A stretch of 53,338 bases of DNA. Source: Hyphomicrobiales bacterium. Its GTDB lineage: Bacteria > Pseudomonadota > Alphaproteobacteria > Rhizobiales > OSC116. The stretch covers positions 1 to 53,338 of the forward strand of contig JADGDI010000006.1 of the NCBI GenBank assembly GCA_016744975.1. Reading direction: 5' to 3'. Made by a program: the position numbers and the translations under genes. A model generated the notes under the pieces. That model searched no databases, had not been told where the DNA came from, and saw only the letters and a list, made by a program, of their open reading frames with translations. Below, in pieces: positions 29,743-38,251 of the stretch; the first letter of the stretch is position 1, and the number at the start of each line of letters is the position of its first letter.

Positions 29743-30858
29743 ATGGGACATATTATGACATATTACTTTAAACATTTGATAAAAATTAATAAAATTCTAT
29801 TGTTGCCATTGATGTTAATTGGGTTAAGTGCTTCTACGCAGGCAGACGAAGCACTTAGTCGCAAAGTTCACAAACAATTTATTGATCAATATATTTTAGC
29901 AAATTTGGAAATACTTAATGTTGAAGCAACCAATTTTGATGACATCGCTTTGGATGCTTGCAATGAGCAAGAGTTGGGCTTTATTCGTCCCATATTCGAG
30001 CGGACAGTAGCGGCTTGGATGCCTTTGCAATCCTTTAGATTTGATGCGTTTGAAAAAAACAACCGCGCATTACGGATATATTTTTGGCCAAATAGTCGCG
30101 GTGAAAAACAGGTCAAAAAGTTTTTACTAAAAATGGATGCTACAAAAATTACACCTAAATATTTCCCCAATATAAGCGTTGCAGTTCAAGGGTTGCCAAT
30201 TGTTGAATGGTTGCTTTTTCATAAAGACTCGACTTTAAACAGTGCAGATAAAGCCATTAGAACTTATTCTTGCCAATTTTTAAAAGCAATTAGCCTAAAT
30301 ATGAAATTGCTGAGTGAGGCGCTAATCACTGAATTACAGCCATATGGTAAAATGCGGCTAAAATTGTTAAATCCCTCTGCAAATAATGCCGATTATAACA
30401 CCATACCAGAAGTAACATTGCAGTTTTTTAAAGCCATTCATGCCATGGTTGAGTTGGTGCATGGTCAAAAACTAAGTCGCCCAATTGGCAAAGAGTTTAA
30501 CAACTTACGCCCCAAACGGTTCGAAATGTGGCGATCGGGCCTGACTAAAAATAATTTAATGTCAAATATCTCAGCCATTGAACATGCTTATGATATTTTC
30601 TCTCCGCTTATTATTGCAGGTCATAATGGCCAACAGACCAACCAACAAGTCAGGCAAGAATTTGCAGCAGTCATAACGCAAATTAATCTGTTGCCAGATG
30701 ATTTATATCATGCCTTATCGAGCCCAAAAGCCAAAAACACTTGGATATTAGCCCGCGATTTGATTGCAAAATTAGAAAAGTTACAAAAAACCTTGGCAAT
30801 AAAAGTTACCGATGCATTGGGCATTCCGTTGGGGTTTAACGCATTAGACGGCGATTGA
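29743..30858 (+). CDS. Second imelysin-like protein
   Basis: YFWPNSRG, QGLPIVEWLLF (no His in the GxHxxE position) and C-terminal LGFNALDGD. Confidence 0.88.
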   Translation: MGHIMTYYFKHLIKINKILLLPLMLIGLSASTQADEALSRKVHKQFIDQYILANLEILNVEATNFDDIALDACNEQELGFIRPIFERTVAAWMPLQSFRFDAFEKNNRALRIYFWPNSRGEKQVKKFLLKMDATKITPKYFPNISVAVQGLPIVEWLLFHKDSTLNSADKAIRTYSCQFLKAISLNMKLLSEALITELQPYGKMRLKLLNPSANNADYNTIPEVTLQFFKAIHAMVELVHGQKLSRPIGKEFNNLRPKRFEMWRSGLTKNNLMSNISAIEHAYDIFSPLIIAGHNGQQTNQQVRQEFAAVITQINLLPDDLYHALSSPKAKNTWILARDLIAKLEKLQKTLAIKVTDALGIPLGFNALDGD

Positions 30859-30859
30859 T

Positions 30860-31999
30860 ATGCAAATTAGCAGGCGTGGATTACTAAAGTCAGCGGCACG
30901 GCAGGCATTGATCGTGCCCGCCATTGGTCTATTGCCCAATATGGCATGGGCAGAAGACGAAAAGCAGCGCTTGAACGGTCAATATATGTTATGTGCAAAG
31001 CATAGTGACGGTGGGCATGTGGCGGTAAGAATTGGTGGAAATGGCGAAATTATTCAGCAATTTAAATTACAAGATCGCGCTCATGGCCATGCTAAAAATG
31101 CAGCAGGTGATGTGGTTGTTTTCGCTCGACGGCCAGATAATCAGCTCTACCACATTCGCCAAAACGGTTTATTAACCACGCTATATGCACCAACCGGTCG
31201 CCACTTTTTTGGTCATGGTGTATTTTCACATGATGGAAAATTACTGTATTGTGCAGAGAATGATTTTGACCATGAAGACCCAAGGCAAACAGGAAAAATT
31301 GGTATTTGGGATTTGACCAAAGGTTTGAAAATAGGCGAGTTTTTATCAGGCGGCATCGGAGTGCATCAAATTAGACTACTGCCTGATGGAAAGACGTTAG
31401 CGATTGCCAATGGCGGTATTTTAACCCACCCAGATTTGCCAAGGCAAAAACTCAATTTATCCGATATGCGGCCAAATTTAGCCTTGGTAAATGTTACTAA
31501 TGGTGAATTAATCAGCAAACTGACACTGCCAAAATCACTGCACCAATTGTCAATAAGGCATATTGATGTCGCGCTAAATGGCGATATATGTGTTGCGATG
31601 CAATATCAAGGGGCTAAGGCAGATCAGGTTGCACTAATTGCAATGGTTGATAATCGCCGCCAATTAAAAACCCTCTCAATGCCTAATGATATATTGGCAC
31701 AAAATCGCCAATATATTGGCTCAATTTGTTATGACATTAGCGGTCAGTTTTTTGCGGCAACCTCACCTCGGGGCAATTTGGCAACATTTTTTAGCAAAGC
31801 AGGTGACTATATTGATCAATTTAATATACAAGATGTTTGCGCCGTAGCGCCTAGTAAATATGCTGGGAACTTTATTTTAGCTTCTGGTGAAGGTGCGGTT
31901 GTTTCATATAATATCATTAAAAAGACTCATAAAAACCTATTTATTATGCAGGATAGTTCGCCTAAATATCAGTGGGATAACCATATGATGGCAATCTAA
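30860..31999 (+). CDS. DUF1513 beta-propeller protein with Tat signal
   Basis: SRRGLLK twin-arginine signal, FARRP, HFFGHGVFS, ANGGILTHP, LSIRHI and WDNH. Confidence 0.92.
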   Translation: MQISRRGLLKSAARQALIVPAIGLLPNMAWAEDEKQRLNGQYMLCAKHSDGGHVAVRIGGNGEIIQQFKLQDRAHGHAKNAAGDVVVFARRPDNQLYHIRQNGLLTTLYAPTGRHFFGHGVFSHDGKLLYCAENDFDHEDPRQTGKIGIWDLTKGLKIGEFLSGGIGVHQIRLLPDGKTLAIANGGILTHPDLPRQKLNLSDMRPNLALVNVTNGELISKLTLPKSLHQLSIRHIDVALNGDICVAMQYQGAKADQVALIAMVDNRRQLKTLSMPNDILAQNRQYIGSICYDISGQFFAATSPRGNLATFFSKAGDYIDQFNIQDVCAVAPSKYAGNFILASGEGAVVSYNIIKKTHKNLFIMQDSSPKYQWDNHMMAI

Positions 32000-32382
32000 T
32001 CGAACCTAAATATCAAGCATTTAATATTGATTGTTACGGTTAAAAACGCTTAATTGCCGCACTTTATAAGCCATTGGCAGCTTGTTGGATTCTTTCCACA
32101 ATTTTTTAACTAAATTTTTGTTTAGACCTAAATCGGGCAAAATTTTTGATAAACTATAATTATAAGCTATGCTTTTTTTGCATATAGTTTGTGGAACCCG
32201 ACTTAACGGTAGTTGCGGGTAATGGAATTTAAATATTGTTTTTATCCGGTTTAAAGTGGTTTCTACTGTAAATTGGCCAAAAATGACGGCTGTGGGGCTA
32301 AACTATCTAAAGACAAGCGAATATTGGTTTGAAGAAAATAGACAAATAGAAATATTTTTGCTAGTTAATAGCCATAAGATTG

Positions 32383-32398
32383 TGGCATGGGTAATGCA
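32383..32398 (+). promoter_or_regulatory. Sigma54 (-24/-12) promoter
   Basis: TGGCATGGGTAATGCA has the correct GG-N10-GC spacing against the consensus TGGCACG-N4-TTGCW. Confidence 0.7.
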
Positions 32399-32693
32399 TA
32401 TTATGCATTTAGCATGCGTCCATAGGCAATTTGGTTTACGATAAACCAAAAGATGCAATGCAACATGGGTGAGTTTATTAATCACCACAATTATTATCTG
32501 ATTGGTTGGGATATTTCTGAAACCAAACCCATGACCAGATGAGCTTGACTGTATCGGCGCTAGGCTATTGCGCCACTGATAAAAGTCTGAGCAAATGTTA
32601 TAGAATTTATGCAGTTTGATATGCTTTTATTTGGGCATTATTCACTGTCTATCGCTAAGAAAAATAGAATATCTTGGTAGAAGGAAGAAATGG

Positions 32694-35600
32694 ATGAGTA
32701 ATTTTGATACTGATTTTGTTGCTGATGTTGAAGATCGTAAATTATATGATCATGAGAAATATAGCGATAGTTGCGGCGTAGGCTTCATCACCAACAAAAA
32801 ATCCATTCAAAGCCATGATATTTTAGTTAAAACTCATGAAGCATTATGCACCATTCCCCATCGGGGCGGCATGAGCGCTGAAGGCATTGGCGATGGCGCT
32901 GGGGTGAATATAGATTTGTCGCAACGGTTTTTTCGCAAATTAACCCAAGATAATAAACTTGAATTGGGTCAATTTGCAGTGGCAAACTTTTTCCTGCCCA
33001 AAGATTCAAGCTTTGATGATGATGCCGTAAGTTTGGTTGAAGAAAAGTTACGAAAATTCCGGTTTCCGATTATCATGTGGCGCGATATGCCCGTTAATAA
33101 CAGCATTTTAAGTGACGCATCTGTGCGCGCTCAACTTTCAATCAAGCAAGTGATATTTGAGCGCTCTAGCAAATTAGCGGATGCTAGTTGGCACGAATTT
33201 GATATGGAAATTGCCCGTTGTTTGGCGGCTATTGAAGGTGAATGTTATGACATTAGCGAATTAGATGGTTTTTACCCCTGCTCCATGTCTGCACGCACAC
33301 AAGTGCTAAAGGGGCGATTAAATTCCAACGAGGTCATCCCATATTTTGAAGATTTACGTGACCCTGACCATGAAATTCATTCAATATTTTTTCATACCCG
33401 TTATTCAACCAATACAGAGCCTGCTACCATGATGGCGCAACCTTTTAGGCGCATGGCACATAATGGCGAACTAAATACCGATAAGAAAAACCGCTTATCT
33501 GAAGCGTCAATTGCCAAACAACAAGGCCGAAAATTAAATTTCCCCAAAGGCCAAAGCGACAGTGCGCGGCTTGACCAAACCATTGCACGGCGCATTGTCG
33601 ATGATGGTTACACCGTGGTTGAGGCAATTGTCGCTATGATGCCCCCTGCGTGGGAGAACCAAACCAATATTGACCCTAATATAAAGGCAATGCTCGAATA
33701 TTTCAGCCTTTATGAAGAGAAAAATGACGGCCCAGCAGCGATTATATTTGGCAATGGTCAATATGTTGGTGCGCGGCTTGATCGCTTGGGTTTGCGCCCA
33801 CTTCGCAGCGTTGAAACGGAAGATTATCTTGCGGTTATGTCTGAGGCAGGGCAAATTAATTTCTCTGCCGAAACGATTTTAAACCGAGGCCGTATTGAAG
33901 CGGGTGACATGCTGTTTTGGAGCCATGTTGAAGGCCGCGCCTATACAGGTGTGCAATATTTAACCAAACTGGCAGCCCGCCATGACTATATTGCCATGCT
34001 GAATGCCGCAAAAGTTGATATTGAACATCTTGAAACTGCCGATGAAAGCTTGCTTGGCAAAAATGATGATCTTAGCCTTGACCAGCAACATATTGCATAT
34101 AGTTTAAATGATGAGAGCTTTCGGTTTTTGTTAGACCCAATGTTGCAAAATGGCGCTGAACGCGTTTACGCAATGGGTTATGGCTTAACCCCTAATGCCT
34201 TGTCCAATAAAGAAGGCGGTATGAGCCAATATTTTAGTCAGAGATTTGCTCAAGTCACCAACCCGCCATTAGACAGCATTCGTGAAGCCGACGGCATGAC
34301 GTTAAGGGTTGCTTTAGGCGGTAAGCCGGGTTTTGTTGAAGGTCAGATGCAAATCATTTTGCAATCGCCTATATTATTGCAACAAGACTTAGCCAAATTA
34401 TTATCGCAAAAAACCGTTGCAACGCGGGTGCTAGACATTAGTTTTAACCCCAATTATGAGCAAGAAAGACGCAATGCTAGCCGTTTGGAATTAGCCATTG
34501 ATGAATTATGCGACGAGGTAGAGGCAGCAGCGCGGGATAATGTTGGCATTATCATTTTAAGCGACCGCAAAATTTCCGTAAAAAAAGCAGCTATGCCATT
34601 GCTTTTATGCATCGCAGCTGCCAATCAAAGGCTGATTAAATGTGGTTTGCGCTTCAACTCAAGCATTGTGGTTGATAGCGGCCAGTTGGTATCCACCCAC
34701 GATGCCGCAACGGCATTAGGCTTTGGTGCATCGGCACTATTTGCACTTACTGCACAAAATCGTGCAGGCCAAATGGATGCTGAAAATCAAACAAATTTGA
34801 TGAAGAATTTCAAAAAATCGATTGAAAAATCTCTAATGAAAACCATGGGTAAGTTTGGTTTATGTACTGCTGAAAGCTATATTGGCGGTGAATTTTTTGA
34901 AAGTAGCTTTTTAGACACCAAAGAGCCGCGCCTAAAACGCACTTTCCCACATATCGATAGCCCCGTGGGCGGTGTGCATTTTAGTGATATTGCCACTTCT
35001 GCAGCAAAATGGCATCATCAGGCTTGCCAGTTAGACGGTGAAAATATGCCAAATATTGGCCTATTTAAAGAGCGTGGTGATGGTGGTGGCCATAGCTTTG
35101 GCGTGGCATCGGTGCGTGAATATGGCCATATGTTAGATGAAAAGATCACTTATATAGAACAAGATGAACCGACGCATTTGCGCTTGTTGGGTGATGAGGC
35201 AGATGAATTGGGTTCCGATTTAGCCTATCGTGATTTTGGTTATGAAGCCCGCAGCCCTGAGCAAATTGATGCCCATAAAATTACCCAAGGCTATCATCAA
35301 TTTAGCCAAGAAATGCAAAAAGAACGGATGCAGCGCCCTGCAACTTTGCGTGATGTGATGGCTTTGCCTGTAGATGTATCAGATGCCCAAACGCGTGAAG
35401 AATTTGACCAGATTTTAGGCGCTCAGCATATTAAGGGCAATTTAAACTATTTTATTTGCGGTTTGGTGATTGCCCCTCAAAGTTCCGGTATTTATAAAAT
35501 TTCATTTGCGAATGACGCTGATGAGAAAAATAATGCAAAAAACAACTCCCGCAGCCGCTTAAAGCAGCTGGCCGAGCATTTTAAAGCGCGTTTCTCTAGT

Positions 35601-38225
35601 GCCGATTATAAAATTAAAGTTCAAAGCGACCATCTATATGTCGCAGCGGCTCATACATTCTTACATTATCTTAGCCAAATAAAGACAGCGCCTGGCGCTA
35701 TAGGGCTTGATAAGGTGCAACCAGCTCATCAAATTACGCGCTACTTCTCCTCAGGTGCTATGAGTTATGGAGCGCTTGTCAAGCCCGCCCATCGCGCGGT
35801 TGCGCAAGGCACAAACATTGTTGGCGGCCTATCGAATTCAGGTGAGGGTGGCGAGGAGTTTGCTCGTGCTAACTCTATATTATCCAGCCGAATAAGGCAA
35901 TTTGCTTCAGGCCGTTTTGGCGTTTGGGCAGGGTATTTGGCCGACCCGCTACTTGAAGAAGTTGAAATTAAAATCGCCCAAGGCGCGAAACCTGGCGAGG
36001 GTGGGCAGCTGCCCGCCAAAAAAGTAACCGTAGAAATGGCATCAATGCGCGGCGGTACACCAGGTGTTGAACTGGTTTCACCGCCCCCACATCATGACAC
36101 TTATTCGATTGAAGATTTGGCGCAATTAATCCATGATTGTAAAGCCACGCGCCGCAGGGTGATCGTTAAATTAGTATCCTCAGAAGGCATTGGCACTATT
36201 GCGGTGGGTGTTGCCAAAGCAGGTGCCGATGTGATTAATGTTGCTGGCGGCACAGGCGGCACGGGCGCGGCGCAAGTTACCAGCTTAAAACATACTGGCC
36301 GTGCTGCTGAAATTGGCATTGCCGAAGTGCATAAAGCATTGTCGCAAAATGGCCTGCGCGATAAGGTTATCCTACGCACCTCTGGCGCACATCAGATTGG
36401 TTTAGACGTGGTTAAATCTGCAATTTTAGGTGCAGATAGTTTTGAATTTGGCACGGCAGCATTGATGATGCTTGGTTGTGTTCAGGCCAAAACTTGCAAC
36501 ATTAAATGCCCTGTCGGTCTGACCACAAACCCAGAAGTTTATGACGGCGATGCCCGCATTCTGGCACAATATTATATGAGCCTTGCCCATGAAGTGCGCC
36601 AAATATTAGCTAAAATCGGTGCTGAAAGCTTGGCTGCCATTCGTGGTCGCACCGATTTACTGCATTTGCTGGACCATGATAAAATGGTTGGCGCGTTAGA
36701 TTTACGCGGCCTATTGCAGCAAGTGCCTATCGTTAAAATTGACAAGCCGATTTATATTGAAGCAGAGTTTAAACATGATGATAAGGCTTATGCTCTTGTT
36801 CAGAAACATATTTTTTCTGGCGATGTGGCTAACATTAACATTGACGGTAAAAAGTGGCGCTTGAATAACCGCCATAAAACCGTCGGTGGGCAATTAGCCA
36901 TTGATATAGAACGGGCGCTAAATCATGAGCTTGATGATGGTGCACGCAGCAAAATTAAATCATTATACCGTGGACATAATGGCCGTTATCATTTGGGTGA
37001 AAATACTGTTAACATTATCACGACAGGCAGTGCAGGGCAAAGCTATGGCGCATTTAACATTGTCGGCATGAATTTGTGCCATCAAGGCACCTGCAATGAT
37101 GGCGTAGCGAAAGGCATAAGCGGCGGCACCATTGCTGTAACGCCACCCAAAAATGACGGTGTAAAGCTGGGTGTTCAAAATACATTGATTGGTAATTTTG
37201 CATTATTTGGCGCCACTGGCGGCATGGTATTTATCAACGGTGAGGCGGGAGATCGCTTTGCTGTGCGTAATTCAGGCGCGATGTCGGTGGTTGAAGGCGT
37301 GGGAGATTTTGCTTGTGAATATATGATCAATGGCATGGTGCTCAATATAGGCACTTATGGCAAAGGCTTTGCCAATGGCATGTCTGGCGGTAATGCATAT
37401 CAATATGACCCAGATAAAAAGTTTGAGCTTCTGCATGATGCCTCATCCATCCGCTATGGCTATTTGAAAGATGAAGGCTCCGTAACAAAAGACGAGGTTT
37501 TAGCGCATCAAGATATTGTAAAATATATGCTGGAGCAGCATATTGAGGCCACACAAAGTGCCCATGCAAAACAATTATTAGCCAATTGGGATATAGAAGC
37601 AGCTAATTTTGTTTATATGCAACCATTGGCGCTCGAGCAAACCCAATCTGCAAGCCACTTAGAAACACTTGGCCGTAAAACTTTGGTGGAAGAATTAAGC
37701 CATGCCATGGCAGAATATCAGATTAAGCCATTGCGTGACGCATTTACACAAGGCAAAGCTGTGTTAGCGGGGCGTGTGCCAGCCTATCAAGAAGTGGATA
37801 CTGAGCTGAGTTTTGAATTGCTAAACGCTTATGGCGTGATGCGCATTGCCAAACAAGTTGTACATTCGTTGGCCAAAAAACAAGGCGTTGAGGTGAACCC
37901 AATATTTGAAACCAAAGCCGCTAAAAATTTGGTTAAAACCGAAGATTACGCCCTTGTTGATGCCCTTGCTAAAGAATGTAAAAAAGCACTTGATAAATTT
38001 AGTGAGCAAGAATTGGCCATCATGCTGGCTGATAAACGCATTCGGGATTATAAAAAGAGCTTAATTTTGCGCGACGTGCAATCAATCTACTCGATGGGGT
38101 CAATGGCATGGATTATCGCACAAGATCGCCAAAACCGTGAAAAGATGGGACATATCCCAGATTTTAGCGAAACATTAGCTGAACAATTGGTAAAAACTAT
38201 GTTAAAAGCCAAGCAAGCAGCGTAA
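32694..38225 (+). CDS. Divergent, enlarged glutamate synthase large-subunit homologue (1843 aa)
   Basis: Propeptide then CGVGF (Ntn amidotransferase Cys), HNGELNT, FAQVTNPPLD, FMN barrel (GAMSYG, AQGAKPGEGG, SPPPHHD), Cys triad CVQAKTCNIKC and a C-terminal GXGXG beta-helix. ATG 32694 preferred over TTG 32616. Symbol withheld because of the divergence. Confidence 0.9.
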   Translation: MSNFDTDFVADVEDRKLYDHEKYSDSCGVGFITNKKSIQSHDILVKTHEALCTIPHRGGMSAEGIGDGAGVNIDLSQRFFRKLTQDNKLELGQFAVANFFLPKDSSFDDDAVSLVEEKLRKFRFPIIMWRDMPVNNSILSDASVRAQLSIKQVIFERSSKLADASWHEFDMEIARCLAAIEGECYDISELDGFYPCSMSARTQVLKGRLNSNEVIPYFEDLRDPDHEIHSIFFHTRYSTNTEPATMMAQPFRRMAHNGELNTDKKNRLSEASIAKQQGRKLNFPKGQSDSARLDQTIARRIVDDGYTVVEAIVAMMPPAWENQTNIDPNIKAMLEYFSLYEEKNDGPAAIIFGNGQYVGARLDRLGLRPLRSVETEDYLAVMSEAGQINFSAETILNRGRIEAGDMLFWSHVEGRAYTGVQYLTKLAARHDYIAMLNAAKVDIEHLETADESLLGKNDDLSLDQQHIAYSLNDESFRFLLDPMLQNGAERVYAMGYGLTPNALSNKEGGMSQYFSQRFAQVTNPPLDSIREADGMTLRVALGGKPGFVEGQMQIILQSPILLQQDLAKLLSQKTVATRVLDISFNPNYEQERRNASRLELAIDELCDEVEAAARDNVGIIILSDRKISVKKAAMPLLLCIAAANQRLIKCGLRFNSSIVVDSGQLVSTHDAATALGFGASALFALTAQNRAGQMDAENQTNLMKNFKKSIEKSLMKTMGKFGLCTAESYIGGEFFESSFLDTKEPRLKRTFPHIDSPVGGVHFSDIATSAAKWHHQACQLDGENMPNIGLFKERGDGGGHSFGVASVREYGHMLDEKITYIEQDEPTHLRLLGDEADELGSDLAYRDFGYEARSPEQIDAHKITQGYHQFSQEMQKERMQRPATLRDVMALPVDVSDAQTREEFDQILGAQHIKGNLNYFICGLVIAPQSSGIYKISFANDADEKNNAKNNSRSRLKQLAEHFKARFSSADYKIKVQSDHLYVAAAHTFLHYLSQIKTAPGAIGLDKVQPAHQITRYFSSGAMSYGALVKPAHRAVAQGTNIVGGLSNSGEGGEEFARANSILSSRIRQFASGRFGVWAGYLADPLLEEVEIKIAQGAKPGEGGQLPAKKVTVEMASMRGGTPGVELVSPPPHHDTYSIEDLAQLIHDCKATRRRVIVKLVSSEGIGTIAVGVAKAGADVINVAGGTGGTGAAQVTSLKHTGRAAEIGIAEVHKALSQNGLRDKVILRTSGAHQIGLDVVKSAILGADSFEFGTAALMMLGCVQAKTCNIKCPVGLTTNPEVYDGDARILAQYYMSLAHEVRQILAKIGAESLAAIRGRTDLLHLLDHDKMVGALDLRGLLQQVPIVKIDKPIYIEAEFKHDDKAYALVQKHIFSGDVANINIDGKKWRLNNRHKTVGGQLAIDIERALNHELDDGARSKIKSLYRGHNGRYHLGENTVNIITTGSAGQSYGAFNIVGMNLCHQGTCNDGVAKGISGGTIAVTPPKNDGVKLGVQNTLIGNFALFGATGGMVFINGEAGDRFAVRNSGAMSVVEGVGDFACEYMINGMVLNIGTYGKGFANGMSGGNAYQYDPDKKFELLHDASSIRYGYLKDEGSVTKDEVLAHQDIVKYMLEQHIEATQSAHAKQLLANWDIEAANFVYMQPLALEQTQSASHLETLGRKTLVEELSHAMAEYQIKPLRDAFTQGKAVLAGRVPAYQEVDTELSFELLNAYGVMRIAKQVVHSLAKKQGVEVNPIFETKAAKNLVKTEDYALVDALAKECKKALDKFSEQELAIMLADKRIRDYKKSLILRDVQSIYSMGSMAWIIAQDRQNREKMGHIPDFSETLAEQLVKTMLKAKQAA

Positions 38226-38251
38226 AGAATAAAAATCTAATAAGGTTAGAT

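Noticed and set aside
32256-32488. Small ORFs 32256-32444 (+) and 32303-32488 (-)
   Set aside because: Non-ATG starts, no family features, and they overlap the sigma54 promoter; treated as non-coding.
32560-32592. Resemblance of CTAGG...GATAAAAGTCTGAG to the guanidine-I (ykkC) riboswitch 3' end
   Set aside because: The conserved CUAGGGUUCCG and GGUCCGAG cores and the spacing are missing; kept only as an unclassified structured leader.
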